A DNA stretch of 58,472 bases, filler included, from Sphacelaria rigidula (GCA_964200075.2; 5 parts of 5 records of this genome joined end to end with filler, not necessarily neighbours in it); one strand, 5' to 3'. Positions 1-12,056 are shown, numbered from the whole stretch's first letter. Notes: generated from the letters alone by a model not told the origin. Numbers and translations are program-made.

Positions 1-125
1 TATTGGCGACATTGGATAGAATGAACCCAATCGTGGGAATTCCCAGCTACTCGTTGTGCCCGGCTTTTCCCATTTCGATTTACGTGAAGATTTTGCCTCC
101 CAAAACCATTCACTTTTTCGGGAGG
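1..125 (-). repeat. Dispersed repeat; inverted copy at 11781-11905
   Basis: Reverse complement (cccgaaaaagtg...gcacaacgagtagctgggaattcccacg...ccaatgtcgcca) aligns with 11781-11905. Confidence 0.85.
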
Positions 126-632
126 GGCTATCATAGAAAGTGTCCCAAATGATAGGTGGTAGGGGTACGTCGAAGTAAGCGGAGAAGAAAATATCCATGG
201 AGGCAAGGAGTGGTGAACAAGCGAGGCGGCGAATCGGGTGACCCTCCCCGTACAACACCATTTTTGGCAGATATGGCTTTGCAAGTTGTTGGCAATGAAC
301 CGGCTCAACACGCCTACTGTGCAGACAGTATAGTACAGGCACTGTACTATCTGTACTGCCTGTACTGCCTGTATGTTGAATACAACTAAACAACTGCCGC
401 TTCACGATTTGTTTTGGGAACTGCCACTACCTCAATGTTGAATATTCCTTTTGGCCACACCACGTCCACAACATTTCCCTTTGCAACCTCTCCCTGCGTT
501 GTGTCCCAGTTCAGTATGATGGCGACATGTAGTTGTACGCGTTGTATGAACACGGCTGTCCCCCCGAACGCGGGCAAAGTACGTGATCATGTGCAATCCA
601 CACAATATACATACCTCTGATATTATATACAT

Positions 633-1378
633 ATTCTCAATCAAGACTGCGATTTGGAGCATGATACTAGGTAGGCAACAGCAACTGCTGTGTGTCTAAG
701 TGCCCCTTCTGACCGTATGGGACTCCAAGAAGCACACGCGGCCGATCACTGTCGTTGTAGACATTGGCAGCCGGAACTCACTCTACCATCCTTGTGCATG
801 GGCACCGAGTAAAAGTTGCAAACTGCTCTTTCTCGGGCAGACAGGAGGCAGCGTTAAGAACAGGGGATTTTACAAATTGAGGATGGATCTCTTATTGGGG
901 ATAAAAACCCGAAGAAAGAAAATCTTCGTATCCACACCAAGTCTACGAAGTATGCTCCCATTTCTTCACTTGCTGATAGCTATTGACAACTACTACACGC
1001 CATACAAATTTGGGTTTTGATAACCGAAATGCCGGGGTCCTAGGCGAAAAAACAATTTTGACGTCCGATCGGACACCTAAAATCCCCCAAATTAGTCCTT
1101 CACCTGGGACCCTGACATTTCGGTTGTCGGAATCCACATTTGTATGGCGTGTAGTGGTTGTCAATAGCTACCAGCAAGTGAAGAAATGGAGTCATACTTT
1201 GAATATTTCAATTCTCCGGGTTCTCATCCCCAATAAATAACCCATCCCCAATGTGTGAAATCCTGTGTATAAGCGTCAAGCAGCTGCACGCTGGGCGTCA
1301 CAATTCTCACTCAAGACTTCGATTTGGAGCATGATACTAGGTAAGCAGCAGTAACTGCTGTGTGTCCAGCTACCCCTT
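633..1378 (+). repeat. ~76-bp direct repeat pair (633-708 and 1303-1378)
   Basis: attctca.tcaagact.cgatttggagcatgatactaggta.gca.cag.aactgctgtgtgtc occurs twice, 670 bp apart. Confidence 0.85.
865..1263. mobile_element. Foldback/MITE-like long imperfect palindrome
   Basis: Arms ~865-1060 and ~1088-1263 are reverse complements (catttcttcacttgctg.tagctattgacaac.actacacgccatacaaa); ~19-bp extra segment in the left arm. Confidence 0.8.
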
Positions 1379-2171
1379 AGAGCAAAATGCGTTTGGTTTC
1401 TGTTTGACAAGTTTTCCCCCAAGAAACCGAATCCAACACGAGCTGGGCCAGCCTAGACAGGGCATAATGAGAACAAGAGTGCATGGTCTCAAAGAGTGTT
1501 TTTCTGGTGGGTTAATGGTATTTTATACTAAAACCGGAACACTGATGATTGCCTTGAACTCATGGGAAAACAAAACGGGACCATGAATCATGTTTTTTAA
1601 TACCCTATTGACTGTCCAAGCCAAAATTTCAGGGTCCAACTCCAAGTAGTAAATTACGAAATTGCCTTTCAATAACCGGGCCGGTGGGAATTCGGAACAG
1701 TATTTTGCAGGCCGTTTACCTGCCCACACTCGGTGTTTGTGTTTTGAAACGTTGTGCGGAGTCATGATGAACCAAGAAAAGTGGATCAGGTCGGGATTTT
1801 TTTTCACTCTTTTAGGGCGTTTTAGAATAACAACGAACAACGACCATTTTTTTTACGATGACGCCCGAACCTCTCCCAAATAAAAAAAACGAAGGCCCAT
1901 GTTTGTTTGTTTGTTTTTATTCAGCATACCTCTGTGGTTCTTCATGCTAAGTTTCAAATCACAATTCTGAAACTTGAGCTAATAATTCGGATAAGGTCTT
2001 TGAGCAATGTTCAGTTATCCTCAAAACTCCCCAAAAAACACACAAAAAAAGAAAGTGAAAAGGTGTATTCAATTTATTACGCACTAGAAGTTCTCCATAC
2101 GAAGCTTTCTAGCACAACTCCCACAAACTGAGACGCGATATCCAGATTTAGGGCATCTAGTGCCTTTGCTC

Positions 2172-2244
2172 TGTGAGGAAAAAACGCCGTTACGATGAGT
2201 TGGTAGTGATGATCTGGATAATGTGACGAGATTAAGCCGTCACA
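2172..2244 (+). repeat. 5' LTR (internally collapsed, 73 bp)
   Basis: TGTGA...TCACA termini; first ~45 nt match 8060-8105; followed a few nt later by TGGTAGACAGC (candidate PBS). Confidence 0.65.
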
Positions 2245-2801
2245 TACTTTGGTAGACAGCTTCTTGTGTAAGGCGTATTAAATGCCCTCCCTAAATTTGA
2301 TGATGGTACTAGTGAAAAAAAGGGGTGGTGGGGGCAGTCCCTCAAACAGCAGTGATCCGGCAGATCTTCTGGCTGGCGTCAAAATATCGATATTAGTACG
2401 AGTACCTAACGGAACCCGCTGGAAGAATTTCGGCCGAAGAGTCTGGAAGCTGGGCACAACCCGATTCACCACGGACGCGTAGAGGGGGTTCAAGCTGAGA
2501 TAGCTGCGGAAAAGCGGCTGGCCTGTGATTGATCCAGACTGGAGGCTTGCTGAAACTGCGTGAAGCGGCAGTTTGGAAGCTCCTACGACTGTGTGGTGCG
2601 GCGACGAAGCAAGGGCGAAGTGTGCATTCGCAACAGTCCGCTGGCCTGCGAAAAATTCCCAGGTAGCCAGCTGCTGCTATGGCCACCGGCTCGCGCGCTG
2701 CGTCCAGCGTGACGCCCGTGGTTATGCGGGAAGACTTGCGACCTCCCCAATACGGGGACAGGTACTCCTAAAGTGCATATCGCACTTTCTACACCAAGTA
2801 C

Positions 2802-3458
2802 TTGGAGTACAAGAAGCGAGTGGAGCACGCTAATCCAGGGGGTGCTGTGCGACATCGAGTGGTGTCGATGGCTCAACAAGTGCCAACGCATGTGCAGAGA
2901 GTGTTTACTCGTGTGAAATATGATGAGAGCACAATCACCCCGCCGCAATTGGCTGTGGCGATCAAAACGTATGCTGGGCAGGCGGCGGGCGCCGAGGTGG
3001 AGCTGATCCAAGGATCCGCGGCCGTGGCGAATGCTGTCGCCGTAGATTCTCGGGTAAAGACGGAGCTAGGGCGGGTGGAGACAATCTTGTCATATTTGGA
3101 GAAGTACTTCACAGAAAATCCGAACCTTGACCTAGTATACTGTTCCCCCAATGGTGAGTTCACTCCCGGCCCGGCTGCAGTGATCACTGAGGCTTCGGTG
3201 GAGTGGTTAGCGGCGGCAAAATTCAAACAAGCCATGCTTGTCAAGTTGCAGCACGAGACCAATTGGAAGGTCGACCCATACCTGGTAATGGACACCGTCG
3301 TGGCCGAGGCCAAGGAGTGGCGGAAGATAGAGGTGTCCGGCTAGTTGTCCACCTCCTGACCTAAATCTTTGCGCCACCACCGCTCGAAATCGACCGGCCG
3401 CGCCGCGACCATCACTTGCCACCGCTGTCGCCAGGTCGGCCATTACGCGCGCGATTGT
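2802..3458 (+). pseudogene. gag: Gypsy gag with zinc knuckle
   Basis: ORF 2802-3344 ends at an in-frame TAG; the same frame resumes with CHRCRQVGHYARDC (CX2CX4HX4C) at 3417-3458. Confidence 0.85.
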
Positions 3459-5749
3459 TAAACGTCTTCCGGTGGGCAGTCCGGGTAGTCTCATACCGCG
3501 CGCAATCAGCATCGCCAGCACAAGGGCAAAGGACGAGGTGATCGGAGTGGTGGCGGCGGCAGATCCTCCGGCGGTGAATGGTTGCATCCGAGTTCTCAGC
3601 AGCCGCAGCAGCAGCAGAGGTAGCGGCGTCAGCATAGGTCTGGTTCTGGATCCGGCGCCGCCATAGGTGCTGCTGCTCCGCAACGGGTGGTGCAGGTGGG
3701 ACCGACTTCTACAGTGTCGAACATTGCGCCGACGCCGGTGGTGGCGCCGGGGGCAACGCCGGCAGCAGCGCCAGGCGCAACGCCTGCTTATGCGCTGCTC
3801 GGATTTTCGCCATATTCTTGGTCTGCTGGCTGGGGGTCGTACCCGCCGGCGGTGTCGCTTGGATCTGCCGGAGCGCCTTCGACTGCGCAGCCTGCGCAGC
3901 CGTGGCGTCCCGTGGGATTAGCGGCGCATCGGTCGGTGGATGAAGTGCGAGAGGAGTTTGCGGACAAATACGTTCCTGCGGAGCTATGCCTTCCAAATCA
4001 GCGGGACCGTGGAGCCATTGCGGTCCGGGCTGTGTTGGATACTGTCGCCAACTTCATGAGTCATGTGAGTCTGTCGGTGCAGATTGTAGAGATGTTGGAG
4101 AGTCTTTTCCCGGATGTGCCGCTGCGCATCCCGTTTTCGCTCGGGGCGCAACAGGCCGTCACCGCGTCGGGTCAGCATGTTTCCATCACGGGGCGTACTG
4201 CTCCGCTGTAGCTAGCTTTCACGACTTTCTGGGGGCCGGCGCCGTTGCCTCCGATCTCGTTTGCGATCATGCCGGGGTCGGATGGCGTCATCCTTCTGGG
4301 GTTTAGAATCTTGGAGTCGACCCGTATGCGCGGTTGTGGGACTCCATGAAGACGCGGATATCTCCGCCTGGTCTGCGCGTGGAGACGTCCGCCTTTTTCG
4401 ACAGTCGTCGCGTGAGCGTGTCGGTGGATGCTCTGCAGGAGGCTGGGGGACAGGTGACCGAGGAGCGGGATGCGGAGGTGGAACGCTTGGTGGAGCGCGG
4501 CCCGGAGATGTTCATGGATCCGGCGGAAGGGGAGTCCGCTCGGAAGGTCGCGCTGAAGGAGAGCGTGACGGATGCTGGGGCGAAAGACCTCAGCGTCTCA
4601 AAAGCGGAGCGCCTGCGCGGCATCTTGTATCGCCGCGTCAACGCATTTCGTCGTGCGCTGCGGGGTGATCCCCCTGCGCGCGTGGAGTCCATACGTGTTT
4701 AGCTAAAACCTGGGGCGTCCACGGTGAAGATGAAGCCGCGGCGGTACGATCCGGTAAAGTCGAATTGGTTGGCGTCGTGCATGGCGGCTGTTTTGGTGCT
4801 CGGGTTGGTGTCCCGGAAATTGCTCGCGGTGTGGTTCAGTCCAGCTATGGCGATTCCGAAGAAGGCCTCGTTCCGCCTGGTAAGCGACTACAAGGCCGTG
4901 AATGAGCAGGTTGAGAAGCCGCTGGATGTGATGCCCTACAGAGAGTCGGACATGCATGCTTGATCTGTTCAATGCTCGTTGAGAGAGTGTTGGTTTGTTT
5001 GCGGCTACGCACAAGTGCGCCTTCTTCGCTAGTGAACTCGTGTGGTGTGGGAAAGTGTACTTACATGGACGCCTATCTCATGACCCTGTCAGATTTCAAG
5101 GCTTGCCTGACATGCGGCGCCCGGAGACGGCCGCAGAACTCACGCAATTTCTTCAGGTTACAAATTGGATGTGTAACTCGTTGCCGCGTATGGCAGAAAT
5201 CGGTACTCCCTTGCTTTTTATCCTCGAAGAACTCATGGTGGGTGCTGCGAGGCGGCCGAAGCGTGTGGCAAAACACCGCGCTATTCCGCCTGCATCGCGA
5301 TCGGAAGGCAGGCTGTAGGTGTGGGCAGCAGCGAAGGACCTGGTGGCCCATGCCGTGACGCTGTTCCATCCTCGTCCTGATTGCCAGGTGTAGATGTTTC
5401 TGGATGCATCTGAGTGCCGTTGGGGTAGTTTTGTCACGCAGATGCCTGAAGTTGAAATGCAACGATGCTTGCCGGTCGAGGACATGACGCATGAACCGTT
5501 GGCTTTCCTCAGTGTTAGTTTCAAGGCTTTGCAGTTGCGTTGGGCCACAATTGACAAGGAAGGTTTTGCTATCGTGAGCACTGTTCGTCGTTTGGAGGAT
5601 AGTTTATAGGATGGCCTGCATATGTTCACGGATCACCGAAATCTCATGTATGTTTTCAACCCGAAAGCATGCATTACGACTGTGTCGAAGGCGTTGGCAC
5701 AACGTTTGGAGGGTTGGAAAGGTGTTCGTGGTCAGTATCGTTACGCAAT

Positions 5750-6004
5750 GAGCGATGCTACGGTAGGGATGCACCAGTATTTTCTGAGGTTAGAATTGTT
5801 TGGAGCCCTTTATCTCATCCAAAACACGACTTATGAAATATGTAAGAGTACTCCAGGATTACTATCCCAATGTGCTAGGGATTTTCCCGAATGAATTCGC
5901 AAACGGGGATGCCCTGACCCATATTCTTGTGCATCTAGAATCCTTAGAAGCCCCTGAACCAGACAAGATTTGGCGCAAAAAGTGCACCCCTACCGTAGCA
6001 TTAC
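5750..6004 (+). mobile_element. ~255-bp MITE inserted in Gypsy pol
   Basis: TIRs GAGCGATGCTACGGTAGGG / CCCTACCGTAGCATT; splits ...GQYRY from AICHISGDRNAWGDLLSRW; inverted copy at 36474-36731. Confidence 0.88.
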
Positions 6005-7288
6005 GGCGATTTGCCACATTTCGGGTGACCGAAACGCGTGGGGTGACTTACTTTCGCGTTGGGTGAATATCGCGGCTTTGCCTGTGCGAGGTGTGGCTGT
6101 GTATAGTCCGTGTAGCCTGATGACTCGACGCTGTTCAAATCTGTTGTCCGCCAAGCGCAAGGGAAAGAACTTGGGGCCACTGATGCGGATGTGCAATCTT
6201 TCGAGTTGAACGTTGGTACTACTATCTTGGACAATGGAAGTATGTTTCGTGTGCATGTTCGTGGCCGAAACGTGTTGTGGATTCCGAGTTCTGGCACGCG
6301 GTTGCAGATACGTTTGTTGATTTGCGCGCACATGCGCAACGCCGGGCATCGTGATGTGGCTGTGATGCTCGTGCGCTTGCACCAGTTTTGTGTTTGGCAG
6401 GGGATAAAAATTCATGTGCGCGAATTTTTCCGCCAGTGTCTTCATTGTGCTGACTCGAGGGCGGGCGATGTTGTTCTCCACCCGCTCGGTAAAACGGTCC
6501 ATGGGACCATGCTGAATGAAGTCGTTCATTTTGACTTCCTGTACGTGGGCGAGAGGGGCCCACTAGCTTCCCAAGGTCCGTCGGAGTATACTGGACTTCG
6601 ATACATTCTGGTCACCATGGATGATTTGAGCAACTTCGTGTCTCTGGAACCAGTAGCAGGGTGTACTACTGAATTGACTACTGCATCTTTGCTCAATTGG
6701 TTCAAGACTTTGGGGGTGCTGCGTGTGTGGATGAGTGACACCGCCGCGCATTTCAAGAATGTAATATTGGCCCGAAGTCGAGAGGCTTGCACGTTAATCA
6801 CCAGTTTGCGGTGGCGTATTCTCCGTGGTCTAACGGCACGCGCGAACACATGGTCAAGGAAGTAGTACTTCGTGCTTTTTGCTCTACTCTTCTCGAGCAG
6901 CGTAGAGCGGTTTGCGAATGGGTGAACGTGTTGCCGGCGGTGCAATAGGCGCTCAATAAAATGTATCGCCGTGGTTACGATAGTATGCCGTACCACGTGA
7001 TGTTTGGTCGCGGTCTTCGGACGTCTTTCTCGGTGTTGGCGTCTTCGACGGCGGGGAAAGGAATTGTGATGTCTTGGATGATGGTCATATTAAGCGTGCG
7101 TTGCAAGAAGTCTTGGACTTACAAGAACGTTTCCACCTTCAAGTGCAGGAGCGTGTTGCCGCTGAACGTGCGCGTAGACGTAAGGGGTCCTCGTTGGGTT
7201 GGAATTTGCCGAATTTTGAGGTAGGCGACTATGTCTTGTATGCACGGGTGCGTCATCCGGGCGTTACGCCCAAGTTGATGGCGAGGTC

Positions 7289-7890
7289 GACTGGTCCATG
7301 GAGAGTGGTTGGTGTTCACCACCCGCACGTGTTTGAGATCTAGAGCATTATTTCAGGTCGTGTTCAGACCGCCCATGTAGCTCGTTTGGGTTTTTATGCA
7401 GACTCGCAGCTTAATGTTACGGCTGACGTTAAGGACGTGTTCCAGCACGCTTTCAACCAGGGGCAATTTCAGATGGCTGGCATTGTCCGAGTGGCAGAAG
7501 CAGACGATCGTTCGTTGATCGTGTTGGTCGACTGGGATGGTTTTGAAGTTGAGGAGCGTACGTGGGAGCCTTTCAAGGATATTCTTTAGGACTGGTCCAT
7601 GGAGAGTGGTTGGTGCTCACCACCCGCACGTGTTTGAGATCTAGAGCATTGTTTTGGGTCGTGTTCAGACCGTCCATGTAGATTGTTTGCGTTTTTATGC
7701 AGACTCGCAGCTTAATGTTACGGCTGACGTTAACGATGTGTTCCAGCACGCTTTCAACCAGGGGCAATTTCAGATGGCTGGTATTGTCCGAGTGGCAGAA
7801 GCAGACGATCGATCGTTGATCGTGTTGGTCGACTGGGATGGTTTTGAAGTTGAGGAGCGTACGTGGGAGCCTTTCAAGGATATTCTTGAG
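7289..7890 (+). repeat. 301-bp tandem duplication of integrase C-terminus plus chromodomain
   Basis: 7289-7589 and 7590-7890 differ at roughly 14 positions (manual count). Confidence 0.95.
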
Positions 7891-8059
7891 GCCGCTCCGG
7901 GATTTCTTACGAAGGGATTACGTAAATTGCGCGTGACTAGTGCGGTTGCTGCTCCCATTACGCGTGAGTTTGGTGTTCAGTTACGACTTGCTCATCGTTT
8001 TGGCGTGTTTATGTGTCAAGCTTATTGCTCGATTTACGTCCAACGCGCTTTGGGGGTGC

Positions 8060-8160
8060 TGTGACGAAAGTACGCCGTTACGTTGAGTTGGTAGTGATGA
8101 TCTGGGTGATGACCGGGGACACGGGGGTTCTGAAGGGTTCTTGGAGGGTTCTGGATAATA
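8060..8160 (+). repeat. 3' LTR, left part (right boundary unknown)
   Basis: Starts TGTGACGAAAGTACGCCGTTACG shortly after a G-rich tract (TTTGGGGGTGC) following the chromodomain. Confidence 0.65.
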
Positions 8161-8588
8161 AACGGGGACACGGAGACTATTTGACTATCGTCGAGCTAAC
8201 AATAGTGCATGTCTACGTGGATTAATTCGGGTGCATGCGGGGCAGATTGATGAAATATCATGGGTATTCGGATATCGTCTGGGGTAACGGATTGTGGTAT
8301 GACCAGATGCATGGCATACGAGGGAACCCAATATACGGTCCTACCTACCCTGGTCGGTTGTGGTTTTGGTGGATTTTGGTCATTGCGTTTGGGGTGGAGA
8401 AAGCAGCTCGGGTGCAGCGTGCACGGTTGATGTTTGGTGAGTGAATGCTATAAGAGTTTAATGCAAGAAGAAGGTATACATATTCCCCTGTACAGAGCGC
8501 GTTCTCTACGGGACAGTCCCTTTACCAAATTCGCTAGCGATTTTGAAACGGGTTAAGTGCACCCGGAAAAGCAGGGAAGTAAGAAGCG

Positions 8589-8880
8589 AGTTTGAGCAAT
8601 ATGGAGCAGCATTCACAGCACTTGAGCCTGCTCGAGGAAACATACAGCAGCACTAGATAGCGCTTGAGCCTTCGAAAGAGTCACGCAGACAGTCAGAGGC
8701 AAAATACAGCAGCACTAGATAGCGCTGGAGCCTTCAAAAGAGTCACGCAGCTAGCGTTTGTTACAGTCAGAGGCAAGATACAGTAGCACTTGATAGCGCT
8801 TGAGCCTTCAAAAGAGTCACGCAATTAGCGATTGTTTTAGTTTGAGCAACAATAGAATAGCATTTGATAGCGCTTGAGTC
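8589..8880 (+). repeat. Degenerate tandem repeat, 62-74-bp unit, ~4-5 copies
   Basis: ATACAGCAGCACTAGATAGCGCTTGAGCCTTCAAAAGAGTCACGCA-like units at 8642, 8704 and 8778; partial copies near 8600 and 8852. Confidence 0.9.
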
Positions 8881-8973
8881 AACGAGGAAGGGAGTCGACA
8901 AGTGAGAGGGCAAAAAAGTTTGAGATAATCAATTGAACAACAAGTAACAGAAATAGATAATTAAGGTCGATCC

Positions 8974-9294
8974 ATGGCTAACATGAAAAAGTATAGTACC
9001 GAAGAATTGACGGATAAGCTCCGGCTTATGGAGGTACAGCAGACCGAAAAAATACGTATCATGGAAGAAAAACAACCAGAGATGTAAGGAAAACAGGCAG
9101 AGCTTATTAAGGCCGCAAAACGCGATGCTATTCTAGATTACGAAAGAGATAGGAGTATGCATGTGGGCGCAGGCGCACAAGGTAATCCCACGGTGGGTAC
9201 AGCAAACCGCGACCAGCAGAACAACCCACGTCTTTTCCAAGAGTTCCGAAACGACAACTTTACGGGAGGACAACGTGCACAACCGAACTTTTAA
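8974..9294 (+). pseudogene. Interrupted ORF start, probably the gag N-terminus of a second retroelement
   Basis: MANMKKYSTEELTDKLRLMEVQQTEKIRIMEEKQPEM*GKQAELIKAAKRD...; coiled-coil-like, one internal TAA at 9085; assignment is by context only. Confidence 0.4.
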
Positions 9295-10299
9295 AAGAGT
9301 ACGTAACAATGCTAGTATTCACCCATGGGACGGTTTAGTAAAAGCAGGGGCAATTTTGGAGTCAAAGTTTCGTGTGTTTCAAGTGCAGATGATCGGATGT
9401 TTTCGTGCCGAGAAATGATACGATGCTCTATTTGTTCAGGAACCCATTCTGTGATGGTCAATGACTGTGTCTGAATCAAAAGTAGTTTGGGATTTGCGGA
9501 TCCCCAAAAACGACTGACAGGTATCGAAAGATTCTAGTCGAATGTGTGTTGTGGTAAGGCAGGATTGGATTGTTGACGCAGCTGGTTGAAGGTAGATAGA
9601 TTGTACCCGATTAGCCCCGTGTACCTGCTGCTACTACAGCGTTGTTTGGCAAAAGGCACAGCACGTCACGGTCGTTATGTATTATGAAAAATTGTGAGCG
9701 AGGCAGGAGGTATTGGGAAAACAGTGAACCATAGCTGATTCCGACCTCCAGCCACTTGTAACCTACCTGCCAGAGAAACAGCTACCGTAGAACTAATCAC
9801 AAGAAGGACCATCAGCGTTTTATCTGCTCTACGCGACGTCTCATCTTCTGCCGGCAAGCCGTGACGAGCTATAACACGAGTAAGCCACGAGTAATATAGC
9901 CCATTTTGTGTGTCAATTGGTGTTTCCTTTTCCGAGAGAGCTCGGTGCTTACTTTCAATTGTAGCTGTCTGCTGTTGACGAGTGCCTTGTGCGAGAGTAA
10001 CCTACAGTTTGAGTGTAACAAGTCCATCCAGGACCGCCGGCAGACACCTCACAAGGGTGTGGCTTGCTTGCGTTCGGCGTATACGGTTTTACTGCTTGCG
10101 GTATTGCCTATACCGCCACAATTCGCGTATTTCATGTATGACTGCTGCCGAGATAGCCCCCCCCCGAACCGGCCAAAAAAGTGCATGGAGGCGATGATAA
10201 GAAATGCCGTCAGAGCTGTTTTCGTGCTGCACGACGTGTCTCGTTTGGGCGTTACAGCTGATTTCGGACTGCTACACGCCTCCCATGCGGGCGAAATTG

Positions 10300-10916
10300 C
10301 TACAAACAAGCCCAGTAGTTGGATCGCAGCCGCTTTTTCGGACGGTCTCCGGTGCAATTTTCGTGGGGGGGCTATCTCGGCATTGGTCGGATCAAAAGAG
10401 GAACTGATAGCGCAGCACGAGTGCAGGGCAGTGGAGAAAGCTCAGCGGGCCCACGAAATATTACTCGAGAAAATCACAGCCCCCAGAACGGTCGAGAATT
10501 TTGCGATGCTTGGGTCACCTCGTGAGTCTTGGGACAATTTTGTCCAGTACCACACCGTTTCCCCCACCACAGAAAAGGCCCGTCTCGAGCAGGAGTGGAC
10601 ATGCCTACAGATGTCCCCGGGCGAAAGCCCTTTTGTGTTTCTTAACAGGGCGAGTTTAATTCACCACAAAAGGCATAATTTCCGTCACGTAATTTCGGAG
10701 TTTAATGCCAACAGGCATTATGCACGTAGGCTGTCGTCAAAGTACGAGATTCAGAGAGGAATTCTCCTAGCCATGTTAGACATTAATACGGAGACAATGC
10801 ATCGAACGGTGAAGACTGCCCATGCTGAATTGGAACTGTCAAAGAGTAGGATAGACTCTCCGAATAACCATGCCATGTCTGCCATAGCTCAAGATGTATC
10901 TCACAGTGACGTATAA
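10300..10916 (+). pseudogene. gag: Ty1/Copia gag (UBN2/Retrotran_gag_2-like) remnant
   Basis: SPRESWD...EKARLEQEW..LQMSPGESPFVFLNRA...ISE..ANRHYARRLSSKYEI resembles Copia gag; no pol follows. Confidence 0.7.
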
Positions 10917-11616
10917 GGAAGACGATGAGGAGGCAGGCACGGCGGGCGAAACCACCACTACCGGGATTGTGGCTCTGACCGTAGTGGGAATTCCACCTCA
11001 CACCAGCACCCTGACCATGAACCGTCGCCAAGGCCTAACCCTTTTGGGACCGACCCCCCACTAACACAGGGTTGATCCTGTGTTAGTGGAATAATAAAAA
11101 ACAAGTCTTAGAGCGACCTGCCCGATCACGGCGAGGCGAAATTTATCGACTAGACCCGAACGACCAGTGCTGGGATTGTTGGCGAGTATGATGCCACTGT
11201 AAATATCGTGTGGGGACCCTTTCTCTGGCCCAGATAAGCCTTCGCAGGTTTCCAAGCGCAGGGCGGTCGGAGCTTGGTTATATGATTTGACTTGCACTCA
11301 GTATACCGTTCCCGAGTTTTCCGGTGTTTTTTTGGGGTCTCAATTACCTACTAAAACGTACTAATTTACACGAACACAGGGTCGACCGGAAAAGCCGGAA
11401 AGGAGCGTACATGCTACCATGTGGTCATTTTCACCAGGCCCTGAAACCAGGTGGGCTGTGGAAAGGCAAAAGGATCTACTGTCATGAGTTACGCTTATCC
11501 CTCTGGCTATGACTTGCAGGGTGCAGTTAATATGTATGCAGTGGGTGGGGATGAAGAAGCGGTATGTAGGCAGTTGATCTCGGTAGCTGAGAATTGCCCA
11601 GAACGTACAAGGGAGT

Positions 11617-11716
11617 NNNNNNNNNNNNNNNNNNNNNNNNNNNNNNNNNNNNNNNNNNNNTTAATTAATTAANNNNNNNNNNNNNNNNNNNNNNNNNNNN
11701 NNNNNNNNNNNNNNNN
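11617..11716. other. Artificial contig spacer (N44-TTAATTAATTAA-N44)
   Basis: Identical 100-nt spacer also at 23332-23431, 35046-35145 and 46760-46859; the flanking contigs decrease monotonically in length. Confidence 0.97.
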
Positions 11717-11787
11717 CCCGGCTTTGTTGGGATGCGAGGTCAATGGTCTCATGACTATGGCATGCATGATCATGAGTACACCCCCCC
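11717..11787 (+). mobile_element. Family A retroposon 3' end plus C tail
   Basis: cccggctttg..gggatgcgaggtcaatggt..atgactatggcatgcatgatcatgagtaca followed by C7. Confidence 0.85.
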
Positions 11788-11990
11788 GAAAAAGTGGTTG
11801 GTTCGGGAAGAAAAGTCTACACGTGAATCGAAATGAAAAAAGTCGAGCACAACGAGCAGCTGGGAATTCCCACGCTCGGGTTCGTTTTCGCCAATGTCGC
11901 CCATATGAGGCACTTCATGCAGCCTAAAGCCAAACATCACGCGCTGTATGACCATTTTCTTCGTGACAGTTTTGGGCTGGTTTGTGGGGG

Positions 11991-12056
11991 ATGCGTAGCC
12001 ATTTGTTGCTGGCCTTGGTCGTTTGACCATTGACCACGCATCCCTTTCGAGAAGGA
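11991..12056 (-). mobile_element. Family B LINE extreme 3' fragment with TSD
   Basis: Matches 27080-27140; flanked by GCTGGTTTGTGGGGG (11976-11990) and GCTGGTTTTGGGGGG (12057-12071). Confidence 0.85.

Larger units (their letters stand above)
3990..8000 (+). pseudogene. pol: Gypsy pol (protease, truncated RT, RNase H, integrase, chromodomain)
   Basis: Protease VLDTVA and VILLG; RT N-terminus IPKK..FRLVSDYKAVN; RNase H LDAS / DKEGFAIV / FTDHRNL; integrase H-H-CLHC, VHFDFL, SDTAAHF, PWSNG..E; GPW motif; chromodomain LVDWDGFEVEERTWEP. Confidence 0.92.
2172..8160 (+). mobile_element. Degenerate Ty3/Gypsy LTR retrotransposon with C-terminal chromodomain
   Basis: Order gag(CCHC)-protease-RT-RNase H-integrase-chromodomain; LTR-start sequence TGTGA..ACGCCGTTACG.TGAGTTGGTAGTGATGATCTGG at both 2172 and 8060; many stops and frameshifts. 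Right end of the 3' LTR not resolved. Confidence 0.92.

Noticed and set aside
8589-8880. CRISPR-like array
   Set aside because: Units are contiguous degenerate tandem copies without unique spacers; no cas genes; eukaryotic context.
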